The translations under genes were made by a program, and so were the position numbers. DNA of 64,000 bases. Source: Candidatus Blackburnbacteria bacterium. Its GTDB lineage: Bacteria; Patescibacteriota; Microgenomatia; UBA8517; UBA10165. The stretch spans positions 422,479-486,478 of the forward strand of contig JACPEJ010000001.1 in the NCBI GenBank assembly GCA_016183565.1, in the 5' to 3' direction. The notes below the pieces were generated by a model that made no database searches, was not told the DNA's origin, and saw nothing but the letters and a program-made list of their open reading frames with translations. Positions 10,665 through 21,030 of this stretch are shown here, in pieces; position 1 is the stretch's first letter, and each line of letters starts with the position of its first letter.

Positions 10665-11789
10665 ATGATTATTGGCATAGATGGTAACGAGGCAAATATA
10701 GAGAATCGTGTTGGTGTAAATCAATACGCCGCGGAGCTTTTGTGTGCTCTTGAGAGACTACCTGAGGCTCAAAAACACATGTGGATTGTTTATCTTACAG
10801 GTCCACCGCTTTCGCATTTGCCAAAGGAACGTGACGGATGGAAATATAAAGTTTTGCCGGGGGGTGGTTTTTGGGTGTTAAGAAAACTAACCCCTCATTT
10901 GTGGCTGGACAAGCCCCGACCGGATGTGTTTTTTGCACCCAGCCACTATGCGCCGCCGTTTTTACCGATGCCTCTGGTTGTGTCTATTATGGATCTTGGT
11001 TATCTAGAATTTCCTGAACAATTTAGGAAGTATGACTTTTATCAGTTGAAGTATTGGGGCGCTTGGTCAGTAAGAATTGCCAAGAGAGTTATTGCCATAT
11101 CGGAAGCAACTAAGAGGGATATTACCAAGCATTACCCTTGGGCCAAAGGTAAAGTTGATGTAACGTATTTGGGGTACGATAAAAATAAATTCAAAGCTCA
11201 AAAGTCAAAAGTCAAAATTGAGGAAGTCAGAAGAAAGTATGGGATAAGTGGTGATTACATTCTTTATTTGGGCACGTTAAAACCTAGTAAGAATATAGAA
11301 GGCTTGGTCGATGCGTTTGCACTCGTCACCCATCACTTATCACCTGTCACTCTTGTAATTGTTGGGAAAAAGGGCTGGCTTTATGATTCTATTTTTGAAA
11401 AGGTGCGGGAGTTGGGGTTAGAGCGGAAGGTGTTGTTTACAGACTTCGTTGGGGAGAAAGATAAATTGGCTTTGATATCGGGAAGCAAGGTTTTAGTAAG
11501 TCCGAGTTTTTGGGAGGGTTTTGGGCTGCATGCTCTTGAGGCGATGGCATGTGGTGTCCCTGTTGTGGTATCAAACATTGGGAGTTTTCCGGAAGTTGTT
11601 GGGGATGTAGGAATATTGGTTGATCCTGCTGATTCTGGTGACATAGCAAAAGGTATAGAAAAAGTGGTTTCAGCAAGTCGCAGTCAGTATGATGAAATGG
11701 TAAAAAAGAGTGTGGTGCAGGCAAAGAAATTTAGTTGGGAGAAAACAGCGCGTCAGACTATTGAAACTTTAGAAGCTGCTTCTGTTTAG
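10665..11789 (+). CDS. Glycosyltransferase family 4
   Basis: 'GTLKPSKN', 'EGFGLHALEAM'. Confidence 0.9.
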   Translation: MIIGIDGNEANIENRVGVNQYAAELLCALERLPEAQKHMWIVYLTGPPLSHLPKERDGWKYKVLPGGGFWVLRKLTPHLWLDKPRPDVFFAPSHYAPPFLPMPLVVSIMDLGYLEFPEQFRKYDFYQLKYWGAWSVRIAKRVIAISEATKRDITKHYPWAKGKVDVTYLGYDKNKFKAQKSKVKIEEVRRKYGISGDYILYLGTLKPSKNIEGLVDAFALVTHHLSPVTLVIVGKKGWLYDSIFEKVRELGLERKVLFTDFVGEKDKLALISGSKVLVSPSFWEGFGLHALEAMACGVPVVVSNIGSFPEVVGDVGILVDPADSGDIAKGIEKVVSASRSQYDEMVKKSVVQAKKFSWEKTARQTIETLEAASV

Positions 11790-11818
11790 AACCTTTGGGA
11801 AAATTGGTATACTAAGAC

Positions 11819-12421
11819 ATGAGTCTTTTCCGTGATCGAATGGGTCGGTCGCTGACCATTGCTCATGCAGCTAGGAAAATTTTGAGCAGATTGTACAGTT
11901 ACCTTGGCGATTTTGGTCTTTTCTGGGTGAATCTTTCTTCGTTTGTTCCTTTCCACCATTTTCGTCGTTTTGTTTATCGTGTTGCTGGTGCGAAGATAGG
12001 TAGAGGTACGAGTATCCATATGGGTGGTAGGTTCTTCTCGCTAAAGAATCTGAGTATAGGAGAAGACACTATAGTAGGCGACTGTGCTTTTTTGGATGGT
12101 CGGGCGCTGTTGAAGATAGGCAATCATGTTGATATTGCTTCGCAGGTTCTTATTTATAATTCAGAGCACGATGTGCACTCGGAAGATTTTCGACCTGTTC
12201 TTGCTTCGGTTGAAATTGGGGACTATGTTTTTATCGGTCCACGGGTAGTTATTTTGCCGGGAGTTAAAATTGGCAAAGGTGCAGTTGTTGCTGCTGGTGC
12301 TGTGGTAACTCGCGATGTTCCTGATTTTGCAATCGTTGGCGGAGTACCTGCAAAGATAATTGGAGAACGTGAACTTAAGGATCCGAAGTATAGACTGGGT
12401 AGGGCGAGGTGGTTTCAGTAA
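11819..12421 (+). CDS. Hexapeptide-repeat (LbH) O-acyltransferase
   Basis: Hexapeptide repeats 'IGDYVFIG...IGKGAVVAAGAVVTRDV...GGVPAK'. Confidence 0.9.
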   Translation: MSLFRDRMGRSLTIAHAARKILSRLYSYLGDFGLFWVNLSSFVPFHHFRRFVYRVAGAKIGRGTSIHMGGRFFSLKNLSIGEDTIVGDCAFLDGRALLKIGNHVDIASQVLIYNSEHDVHSEDFRPVLASVEIGDYVFIGPRVVILPGVKIGKGAVVAAGAVVTRDVPDFAIVGGVPAKIIGERELKDPKYRLGRARWFQ

Positions 12422-12428
12422 CTGTTGT

Positions 12429-12989
12429 ATGAGATCTTTTTTTATGGTTTTTAGCCGTGTGTGTGCTGGGATATTGATATTTGCATCTTTTGTGTATTTA
12501 GTTGTACCTTCACCGTCTTTCCCACAACAGCCTCCGGATTCTGTTCAGTCAATTGAAACGGGTGATAGTGAAGTGACTCAGGTACGGAGAGCATATTTTA
12601 CGAATTATAGTCGGGCGCAAGCATTACAATACTACCAGGATAAAATACGAACTGGAATTTTACCGGTTCCAACATATAGGCTTAATTATCCACCTGAAGA
12701 TGCACAGATGATGATTCGTGACCAAACTCGAAGTACCTTTTTGGAGGAGATTGTGCATCCGTTTAGAGAGTCTGTTTTTGTTAATGGATTTGAACCAAAA
12801 GTGGCTAAAGATGCGATAAATTACAGAGGTATTCCTTATAGGCAAAAGATAACTATAAAATATAATTCCTCGTCGATTTTTTTAAGGATTCCGATTATTT
12901 TATTAGCTGTGGTTCTATTTTTAGTAATCAGTCGTGAGATTTTTAGAACTACTATGAGGCTTATTCAAGGGTGTTTTTGTAGATATTAG
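12429..12989 (+). CDS. Hypothetical membrane protein (two terminal TM helices)
   Basis: ORF fits the operon spacing; hydrophobic N- and C-termini. Confidence 0.65.
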   Translation: MRSFFMVFSRVCAGILIFASFVYLVVPSPSFPQQPPDSVQSIETGDSEVTQVRRAYFTNYSRAQALQYYQDKIRTGILPVPTYRLNYPPEDAQMMIRDQTRSTFLEEIVHPFRESVFVNGFEPKVAKDAINYRGIPYRQKITIKYNSSSIFLRIPIILLAVVLFLVISREIFRTTMRLIQGCFCRY

Positions 12990-12993
12990 GAAC

Positions 12994-13905
12994 ATGCAAG
13001 AAATTGATTTGTCAGTTATTGTTTTAAATTTTAATACCAAACGTATAACTGTTGACTGTTTAACGTCTATTTTTAAATATACAAAAGGCATTAGTTATGA
13101 GGTGATAGTGGTAGATAATGCGTCGACAGATGGATCGGGCCGCATGTTGCGGAATTTTCAATTTTTAATTTCCAATTTTCAATTAATAAGAAATAGAAAG
13201 AACTTGGGGTTTGCAGCGGGAAATAATGTTGGGATTAAGAAAGCTCGAGGAAGATATGTTCTGCTTCTTAACTCCGATACCTACCTTAGCGGAAACTCTC
13301 TCAAAGAGATGGTTGAATTTATGGATGAGCACCCGGATGTTGGTGTATCTAGTTGCCGTCTGGCTAATCCTGATGGGACAACTCAAGCAACAGGTGGTTT
13401 TTTCCCTACTTTGCCAAGGGTTTTTGCTTGGATGTTTTTTCTTGACGATATACCATTAATATCCAGTCTTTTAAAACCCGTGCATCCATATTCAAAGAGT
13501 GGATTTTATGACAAGGATCACGAACAGGATTGGATTACAGGCGCCTTTTTTATGATACGAGATAAGGTTATCGATCAAATTGGGCTGTTGGATGAGGATT
13601 ATTTTATGTATATGGAGGATGTTGATTACTGTTACCGTGTGAGGCAAAAAAGCTGGAGGGTGTTTTATACAACAAGAACTAAAATTACGCATATTGGTGG
13701 GGCTTCAGGCGGATCGGAAAACACAATCATAAGTGAGTTGAAAAATCTTAAACTGTTTTATAAGAAGCACTATCCTCATTGGCAGGGGGCGATTCTTTCG
13801 GTGTTGATGAAGGTGGGTGTATTTTTGCGCGCAGTCTTTTTTGGTGTTTTGCTCGGCAGGCGTAACCATTTAAAAATCTATGCGAAAGCTTTTGCAATAC
13901 TTTAA
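12994..13905 (+). CDS. Glycosyltransferase family 2 (WbbL/rhamnosyltransferase-like)
   Basis: 'VDNASTD', 'NLGFAAGNN', 'LLNSD', 'YMEDVD'. Confidence 0.9.
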   Translation: MQEIDLSVIVLNFNTKRITVDCLTSIFKYTKGISYEVIVVDNASTDGSGRMLRNFQFLISNFQLIRNRKNLGFAAGNNVGIKKARGRYVLLLNSDTYLSGNSLKEMVEFMDEHPDVGVSSCRLANPDGTTQATGGFFPTLPRVFAWMFFLDDIPLISSLLKPVHPYSKSGFYDKDHEQDWITGAFFMIRDKVIDQIGLLDEDYFMYMEDVDYCYRVRQKSWRVFYTTRTKITHIGGASGGSENTIISELKNLKLFYKKHYPHWQGAILSVLMKVGVFLRAVFFGVLLGRRNHLKIYAKAFAIL

Positions 13906-15241
13906 TCAAACAAACATACTTAAATACGGTCTGGCGGCTATTTTGCTTGCTATACCAATTTATCCTAAATTTCCACTTTTTAACATCCCAGGGACGTATG
14001 TTGCTGTGCGGGCGGAGGATTTTTTGATATTCAGCCTTGGGTTTTATTGGCTCACTTCTGTGTTTCGCTTTTGTTCAAAGAAGATGTTTAGAGATGAACT
14101 TGTACAGGCTATGCTTTTGTTTTTTGCTGTGGGTTTGCTTTCTATCGTAAGTGCTATTTTTTTAACACATAGTGTCAAGCCGCATCTTGGGTTTTTTCAC
14201 TGGTTTAGGAGGGTGGAGTATATTTTGCCTTTTTTTATTTCTCTTTCTGCGGTATGGGTTCTAAAGCGGGTTAAGTTTTTTGGTGAGACATTATTTGCTG
14301 GTTCCTTGTTTGTTTTTATTTATGGTTTAGGACAAATTTATTTGCATTGGCCTGTTATTTCCACCCAAAATCAGGAGTATGCGAAGGGATTGGCCTTGCG
14401 TTGGATTCCTGGTGCAAGGCTCCACTCAACTTTTGGAGGGCATTATGACTTGGCTGCTTTTTTAGTGTTGCTTCTTCCTCTTGCTGTTGCGTTCTTTTTT
14501 AACTACAAGAAGTGGTCACGCAAGCTCCTCTTGTTTGTTTTTTCTATAGTCCCTTCCTTTTGGTTGCTTTTGAAAACTGAATCTCGTGTATCTTTTATAG
14601 CTGTTTTGGTGGGTGTGTCTTTGACTTTGTGGTTTTTGAAGAAAAAGATTTTTATCGCACCTGTGTTAATAATAAGTGTAGGTGTGGCTCTTTTGTTTAC
14701 AGGTTTGGGAGATCGATATAAGTATAGTTTTGAGACCTATTGGCGGAAAATCAATAGTGTTCCGAAGATCAACTTGGTTGTAAAAAGTGCTTGGGCTCAG
14801 ACTGGGGAACTAAGGAAAAAGGAAGATGCGGTTCCAGTGCCGCTAGAGGATCGGTCTACTTCGATAAGGCTTAATATGGAGTGGCCGCGGGCAATTCGAG
14901 CTTTTTTGAAAAATCCACTTTTGGGGACTGGTTATTCTTCTATAACACTGGCAACTGATAATGACTATCTGAGGTTGTTGGGAGAGGTTGGTTTGGTGGG
15001 TAGTCTGGCTTTCTTTCTTGTAATTTTGCGTCTTTTCCATAGACTTTGTTGGTTTTTCCGGACAAAGATCGGTGGTCTTGACCGGGCTTTTGTTGCTGGT
15101 TTTCTTGGGGGTTTTGCGGGGATTTTAATTAATGCAATTTTTATTGATGTTTTTGAGGCATCAAAAGTTGCTATAATCTTTTGGACACTGGCTGGTATTG
15201 CTGTTGGTATTGTCGATGTGAAGGAAGCGAAAAATGGGTAA
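13880..15241 (+). CDS. O-antigen ligase/polymerase-like membrane protein (Wzy_C)
   Basis: Many TM helices; 'RLHSTF', 'ESRVS', 'PLLGTG...DNDYLRLLGEVG'. Confidence 0.75.
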   Translation: MRKLLQYFNQTNILKYGLAAILLAIPIYPKFPLFNIPGTYVAVRAEDFLIFSLGFYWLTSVFRFCSKKMFRDELVQAMLLFFAVGLLSIVSAIFLTHSVKPHLGFFHWFRRVEYILPFFISLSAVWVLKRVKFFGETLFAGSLFVFIYGLGQIYLHWPVISTQNQEYAKGLALRWIPGARLHSTFGGHYDLAAFLVLLLPLAVAFFFNYKKWSRKLLLFVFSIVPSFWLLLKTESRVSFIAVLVGVSLTLWFLKKKIFIAPVLIISVGVALLFTGLGDRYKYSFETYWRKINSVPKINLVVKSAWAQTGELRKKEDAVPVPLEDRSTSIRLNMEWPRAIRAFLKNPLLGTGYSSITLATDNDYLRLLGEVGLVGSLAFFLVILRLFHRLCWFFRTKIGGLDRAFVAGFLGGFAGILINAIFIDVFEASKVAIIFWTLAGIAVGIVDVKEAKNG

Positions 15242-16715
15242 AGTTCAATATGTACTTCTTATTTTAATCCTACTTGGTGGTTTTGCGATGCGTCTTTATA
15301 GGATTGATAACCCGGTTGCGGATTGGCATTCTTGGAGACAGGCGGATACTGCTTCGGTCACTAGGATTTATGTCCAAGAGGGGATTAACTTGTTGCGGCC
15401 CCGTTACCATGATATTTCAAACATCGCAAGTGGGTACGACAATCCTAATGGTTGGAGGTTTGTAGAGTTTCCAGTTTTTAATGCGGTTCATGCGCTTTTG
15501 TACAAAGCCTATCCAGTGTTTTCACTAGAAAAGTGGGGGAGATTAACTGCGGTATCGGCTTCTCTTGTCTCAGCTGTTTTTGTGTTTTTGATAGGAAAGA
15601 GATTTTTGGGGGTTCAGGGAGGTCTGTTGTCAGCTTTCTTTTTTACAGCTTTCCCTTTTAATGTTTATTTCTCAAGAGTAATTTTGCCTGAGCCATTTGC
15701 TGTGCTCTTTGTGGTAGCTGCTCTTTGGTTTTTTATTTATTGGCTCGATCCTCCTTCGTCCCGACGTCACGTCGGGACTTCGGAAGGACAAGTCTTGCCA
15801 GTATCGTGGTCACTTTTACTTTCTGGGGTGTTCTTTGCCTTGGCTCTTTTAATTAAGCCCTACATAGGTTTTTACGTTATTCCTATGCTTTATCTTGCCG
15901 TTTCTAGGTTTGGATTTGTTGGTGCGTTGACTAACACTGGATTGTGGATTTTTCTATCCTTATCTCTATCACCTTTTTTTTTCTGGCGCGGATGGATGTG
16001 GAACGAAGACTTTTTGCGTGGTATCCCGCATTGGAAATGGGCATTTAATGGGGATGATATTCGTTTTAAGCCTTCTTTTTGGTGGTGGATTGTTGCTGAG
16101 AGATTGGGGAGATTAATCTTGGGGATATGGGGGACAATCTTTTTAGTGGTAGGGCTTTTAAATAAAGGAAAGGGTAAGTTCCCTTGGTTTTTGCATATAC
16201 TTTTGGTGAGTCAATTTGCTTATGCCGCGACTGTAGCAACTGCGAGCGTACGCCATGATTATTATCAGACTTTGATGATTCCTGCAATTTCGCTTGTTGT
16301 TGCGGCGGGGGCAATAAAACTGTGGAATCTTGAGTCTTTTGATAAATCTTTGCGCCGAGCCGCTACTTTAGCCATTACCGCTTTGCTACTCTTTTTTTCC
16401 TTTTATCAAATTCGGGAGTTTTACAAAATCAATCATCCGGAAATAGTTAGGACAGGTGTAATAGTAGATCAGAAGTTGCCGAAAGAGGCGCTTGTTATTG
16501 CACCTTATAATGGAGATACTGCTTTTCTATATCAAACGAAACGGCGTGGTTGGCCTTATATAACGTATCCTTTGCATGAGATGGTTGAAAGATGGGGAGC
16601 TCAATATTATGTATCGGTTAATTACGATGCTCAGACGAAACAGGTTATGAACGAGTATACAGTGATAGATTCTACTCCTGAGTATGTGATAATTGATCTT
16701 ACTCAAAAGAAATGA
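15234..16715 (+). CDS. GT-C glycosyltransferase family 39-like
   Basis: 'HSWRQADTA', 'EFP', 'SRVILPE', 'HDYYQ', many TM helices. Confidence 0.75.
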   Translation: MGKVQYVLLILILLGGFAMRLYRIDNPVADWHSWRQADTASVTRIYVQEGINLLRPRYHDISNIASGYDNPNGWRFVEFPVFNAVHALLYKAYPVFSLEKWGRLTAVSASLVSAVFVFLIGKRFLGVQGGLLSAFFFTAFPFNVYFSRVILPEPFAVLFVVAALWFFIYWLDPPSSRRHVGTSEGQVLPVSWSLLLSGVFFALALLIKPYIGFYVIPMLYLAVSRFGFVGALTNTGLWIFLSLSLSPFFFWRGWMWNEDFLRGIPHWKWAFNGDDIRFKPSFWWWIVAERLGRLILGIWGTIFLVVGLLNKGKGKFPWFLHILLVSQFAYAATVATASVRHDYYQTLMIPAISLVVAAGAIKLWNLESFDKSLRRAATLAITALLLFFSFYQIREFYKINHPEIVRTGVIVDQKLPKEALVIAPYNGDTAFLYQTKRRGWPYITYPLHEMVERWGAQYYVSVNYDAQTKQVMNEYTVIDSTPEYVIIDLTQKK

Positions 16716-17908
16716 ACGTATTAATGCTTACTCCGTATCTTCCTTATCCCCCTTCGTCTGGAGGACAGATCCGCTCTTATAATTTAATTAAGCAACTATC
16801 AAAAAAGCACAAGATAACTCTTTATTCTTTGATCAAACATGATGAAGAAAGAAGGTATATAGGGGAACTCGAGAAGCATTGTGTGAAGGTCAAGGTTTTT
16901 AAAAGACCAGCTAAACCATGGACATTTCAAAATATCTTAAAGACTGGTACAGGGCCTTATCCTTTTCTTATGATTCGGAATTTTTCACCTGAGGAAAAGA
17001 GGGATTTGTCTCGGGTGTTAAGGAAAGAAAAGTTTGATATTATTCATGCCGAAACGTTTTACGTAAGCCTTCATATTCCGAAAAACCAAATTCCGATTGT
17101 TTTGGTTGATCAAACAATAGAGTATGAGGTTTATCAGCACTTTGTTGAGAATTTTAAGTGGCCACTCCTTAAGCCCTTGTTGATGATTGATGTTTGGAAG
17201 ATTAAATTTTGGGAGACTTATTATTGGAAAAGGGCAACTGGGGTGATTGCGCTGTCGGAAAGGGATGCGCAATCTATGAAGAAGTTGGTTTCAGGGCTGA
17301 GGGTTTCGGTTGTACCAAATGGTGTAGGAGAAGATTTGATGAGGGATGTTCCTTTGCATTTTTGCAAAACAATTATTTTTGTTGGTAATTATGCTTGGTT
17401 ACAGAATGTTGAAGCTGTTGAGATTTTGGTTAAAGAGATTTATCCTCGGGTTGTGAAGGTAGTAAAAGATGTTAAATTGCTAATAGTTGGGCAGAATACT
17501 GATAAGATACCAGTGATTAATTCGCCTGGTATTGAGGTAGTAGACTTAAAAATTGAAGATGTTGCGGGTGTGCAGAAGGCGTATCACGAAGGAGGGATTA
17601 TGGTTGCGCCGCTTTATGGTCCAAGTGGAGCGAGGTTGAAGATTGTTGGCGCGATGGCTGCGAAGGTACCAGTTGTGACTACTTCTATAGGGATATTGGG
17701 TATAGATGCCACAGACAGAGAGGACGTTTTGTTGTCGGATACTTACGAGGGGATTTCGAAAAAAGCGATAAAACTGTTGACGGATGTGGGACTTTATCGA
17801 AAAATTGCTTTAAATGCTAGGAAGTTGGTAGAGAAGAAGTATACATATGAGGTAATTGCTGAGAAACTTGATGCGGTATATAAGGATGCTACACATGGTA
17901 AAAGTTGA
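16712..17908 (+). CDS. Glycosyltransferase family 4
   Basis: 'PYPPSSGGQIR', 'VPNGV', 'GARLKIVGAMA'. Confidence 0.85.
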   Translation: MNVLMLTPYLPYPPSSGGQIRSYNLIKQLSKKHKITLYSLIKHDEERRYIGELEKHCVKVKVFKRPAKPWTFQNILKTGTGPYPFLMIRNFSPEEKRDLSRVLRKEKFDIIHAETFYVSLHIPKNQIPIVLVDQTIEYEVYQHFVENFKWPLLKPLLMIDVWKIKFWETYYWKRATGVIALSERDAQSMKKLVSGLRVSVVPNGVGEDLMRDVPLHFCKTIIFVGNYAWLQNVEAVEILVKEIYPRVVKVVKDVKLLIVGQNTDKIPVINSPGIEVVDLKIEDVAGVQKAYHEGGIMVAPLYGPSGARLKIVGAMAAKVPVVTTSIGILGIDATDREDVLLSDTYEGISKKAIKLLTDVGLYRKIALNARKLVEKKYTYEVIAEKLDAVYKDATHGKS

Positions 17909-18824
17909 CTTAAGCATAGTTATATTAAATTACAATTCTGAAGATTTTCTTGTGGGATGTATTCAGTCAATCCGGGAGGCGGACATGAAGGGTATTGTAT
18001 ACGAAATTATCGTGGTTGATAATGCATCGACAGATGGATCGCTGGAAGAAATACGAAGCACTAAATTCGAAATCCGAAACAAATTCAAAATTCAAATTAT
18101 CCAAAATGAAGAAAACTTGGGGTTTGCAAAGGGGAATAATGTTGGTGTGAATAAAGCTTCTGGGAGGTATGTTTTATTTTTGAATCCAGATACTGTTGTT
18201 TCGAAAGATGCAATTAAAACAGTTTTTAAGTTTATGGAAGATAATTCTGATGTTGGAGTTGCAACAGCGCGGTTGGAATTAGCAGATGGGAAGTTGGATG
18301 AATCATCGCACAGAGGGTTTCCCACTCCATGGAATGCATTTTCTTATTTTTCAGGTCTTGAACATTTGTTTCCAAGAAATAAATTGTTTGCTGGCTATAC
18401 ACAAGGTTGGTTAATTGGTAAAAAGGCACCGCATGAGGTGGATTCGATAGGAGGAGCCTTTTTCTTTGTGAGAAGAAAAGCAGCAGAGGAGGTTGGATGG
18501 TGGGATGAAGATTATCTTTGGTATGGAGAAGATATTGATTTCTCTTATAAACTCAAAAAGATGGGGTGGAAAGTTGTATTTATTCCTCAGGTTAAGGTTC
18601 TGCATTATCGAGGAGTTTCATCTGGTATTAAAAAGCACAGTAGGGGTATTTCGACTGCGAGCAAGGAAACTAAAATACTTGCTGCGCGGGCATCAACTCA
18701 AGCTATGCGAATTTTTTACAACAAACACTATGTGGGTGCTTATCCTAGGCCACTTACGTGGTTTGTGTTACAGGGTATAAGGATCCTTGAGCAGGTGAGA
18801 TTGGTTAAGGTGAAATTTTTTTAG
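17895..18824 (+). CDS. Glycosyltransferase family 2
   Basis: 'VDNASTDGS', 'FLNPD', 'YGEDID'. Confidence 0.9.
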   Translation: MVKVDLSIVILNYNSEDFLVGCIQSIREADMKGIVYEIIVVDNASTDGSLEEIRSTKFEIRNKFKIQIIQNEENLGFAKGNNVGVNKASGRYVLFLNPDTVVSKDAIKTVFKFMEDNSDVGVATARLELADGKLDESSHRGFPTPWNAFSYFSGLEHLFPRNKLFAGYTQGWLIGKKAPHEVDSIGGAFFFVRRKAAEEVGWWDEDYLWYGEDIDFSYKLKKMGWKVVFIPQVKVLHYRGVSSGIKKHSRGISTASKETKILAARASTQAMRIFYNKHYVGAYPRPLTWFVLQGIRILEQVRLVKVKFF

Positions 18825-18825
18825 A

Positions 18826-19956
18826 ATGGCAAAAATCGGTATTGACGCGAGAATTTGGGGTGTAAAAAATACTGGTATTGGAAGATACACGGAAGAACTT
18901 GTAAAAAATCTTCAATTGGTTGATGAGGCAAATGAATATGTTGTCTTCTGTCGGAGGAGCAATTATGACGAGATTCCAATTTGCTCTGGTTGGAAAAAAG
19001 TAATTGCTGATATTCCACACTATACTTTGCAAGAGCAAGTAGAACTTCCTGGGATTTTTGCGAGAGAGAGATTGGATCTTTTACATGTTCCTCATTTTAA
19101 TGTACCGCTTTTTTATAAGGGTCGGTTTATTGTCACTATTCACGATATTCTTTGGCATCATACAAAAGATCATACTGCTACAACGTTGTCAGCTCCAGTT
19201 TATTTGGTTAAACATCTGGGGTATAGATTGGTTGTGAGAAATGCTGTAACTAGAGCTCGGAATATTATAGTTCCGAGTAATGTTGTTAAAAAGGATTTGG
19301 TTAGACAGTTTGATTTACCAAAGAATAAGGTGGTTGTTACGCATGAAGGAGTTACCAACGCAGTGTTGAGCATGAAGTATATAGAATCAAGTGCTTTGGT
19401 AAGATATGGGATTGAGAAACCATACCTTTTATATGTTGGTAATTTATATCCTCATAAGAACATTGAAATGTTAGTACCAGCTCTTAAGCGATATCATGAT
19501 TCGAATCATGATATCAAGCTTGTGGTAGTTAGTGGGCGTGATATATTCAAAGAAAACTCGGAGAAGATTATCCATAAAGAAAAAATGGAAGGTAATGTTA
19601 AAATACTTCACAAGGTTAATGATGAAGACCTGGCAATCCTTTATAAAAATGCGGTGGCTTTTGTGTTTCCCACGCTGTCTGAGGGATTTGGTTTGCCGGG
19701 GTTGGAGGCAATGAATTGTGGAACTCCTGTCTTGTGTTCCAGTATCCCAGTTCTTAAGGAGATTTATGGTGATGCTGCGTTATATTTTGATCCTTTAGAC
19801 GTGAACGATATTGCGGATAAGATTATGCGGATTTTTGCGGATGGCGAACTTAGGAGATGTTTGGTTCGTTTAGGTAAACAGCAGGTTAAAAAGTATTCGT
19901 GGAGAAAGATGGCTTCGGCGACACTTGCGGTTTACAAGGGTGTTCTTGCTCAATGA
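18826..19956 (+). CDS. Glycosyltransferase family 4
   Basis: 'GIGRY', 'TIHD', 'PHKN', 'EGFGLPGLEAM'. Confidence 0.9.
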   Translation: MAKIGIDARIWGVKNTGIGRYTEELVKNLQLVDEANEYVVFCRRSNYDEIPICSGWKKVIADIPHYTLQEQVELPGIFARERLDLLHVPHFNVPLFYKGRFIVTIHDILWHHTKDHTATTLSAPVYLVKHLGYRLVVRNAVTRARNIIVPSNVVKKDLVRQFDLPKNKVVVTHEGVTNAVLSMKYIESSALVRYGIEKPYLLYVGNLYPHKNIEMLVPALKRYHDSNHDIKLVVVSGRDIFKENSEKIIHKEKMEGNVKILHKVNDEDLAILYKNAVAFVFPTLSEGFGLPGLEAMNCGTPVLCSSIPVLKEIYGDAALYFDPLDVNDIADKIMRIFADGELRRCLVRLGKQQVKKYSWRKMASATLAVYKGVLAQ

Positions 19957-21020
19957 AAATTGCACTTGTATATGATAGGGTGAATAAGTGGGGTGGGGCG
20001 GAAAGAGTTCTTCTTGCGTTTCATGAGATGTTCCCAGGCGCTCCTCTTTATACGTCTGTTTGTAATTTTCCACAAGCAAATTGGGCAGAAGTTTTTCCTG
20101 AGGTAATACCTTCTTTTTTACAAAAAATGCCTCTTGCGAAAACTCGGCATGACCTGTATCCCTGGTTGATGCCGATGGCGTTTGAGTCTTTTAATTTTGA
20201 TCAGTATGATGTTGTCGTTTCTGTTACCTCTGAATTTGCTAAAGGGATTATTACTAAACCGGGAACTTTCCATATTTGCTATTGTCTTACTCCAACTCGG
20301 TATCTTTGGAGTGGTTACAAGGGTTACTTAGGTACTTTTTTTAGAAGAACTGTTAGTGCGCCGCTTGTTTCTTATTTAAGAGATTGGGATTTGGTTTCGG
20401 CTCAACGGCCGGACGTAATCGTAGCGATTTCGAATACTGTTGCTGAGAGGATAAAGAGATATTATGGACGCGAAAGTGAAGTTATATACCCTCCTGTTGA
20501 TATTAAAATTCCAGAGGTGAGGCAGGTTTCCGATACTTCGCAGGGGTATTTTTTAATTGTATCGCGGCTTGTTCCTTATAAGAAGGTGGATATGGTTGTA
20601 GATGTGTTTAATAAGTTAAACTGGCCTTTGATAATAGTTGGAACGGGTAGTGAGGAGAATAAACTTAAAAAGAGGGCGAGGAGTAATGTTCGATTTGTTG
20701 GTCAAGTTGGAGACGTGGAGCTTGCTAAATATTATTCTCAGTGTGAAGCGTTGATTTTTCCGCAAGAAGAGGATTTTGGTTTGGTGGTTGTTGAGGTGCA
20801 AAAGGCAGGTAGACCGGTAATTGCTTATAGGAGAGGAGGAGCAGTGGAAACCATAGAAGAGGGGAGAACTGGTATGTTTTTTGAGGAGCAGATAGAGGAA
20901 TCTTTAATGGGAGTGTTGAGGAAATTTGATGAAGATGACTTTGATGTTGACGATTGTAAAAAGAATGCTAGAAAATTTAGCAAGGAGAATTTTTTTCGAG
21001 AATTTGCTAAACTGATTTAG
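19953..21020 (+). CDS. Glycosyltransferase family 4 (WbaZ-like)
   Basis: 'GGAERVL', 'TPTRYLW', 'SRLVPYK', 'EEDFGL'. Confidence 0.9.
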   Translation: MKIALVYDRVNKWGGAERVLLAFHEMFPGAPLYTSVCNFPQANWAEVFPEVIPSFLQKMPLAKTRHDLYPWLMPMAFESFNFDQYDVVVSVTSEFAKGIITKPGTFHICYCLTPTRYLWSGYKGYLGTFFRRTVSAPLVSYLRDWDLVSAQRPDVIVAISNTVAERIKRYYGRESEVIYPPVDIKIPEVRQVSDTSQGYFLIVSRLVPYKKVDMVVDVFNKLNWPLIIVGTGSEENKLKKRARSNVRFVGQVGDVELAKYYSQCEALIFPQEEDFGLVVVEVQKAGRPVIAYRRGGAVETIEEGRTGMFFEEQIEESLMGVLRKFDEDDFDVDDCKKNARKFSKENFFREFAKLI

Positions 21021-21030
21021 GTAAACAAAA

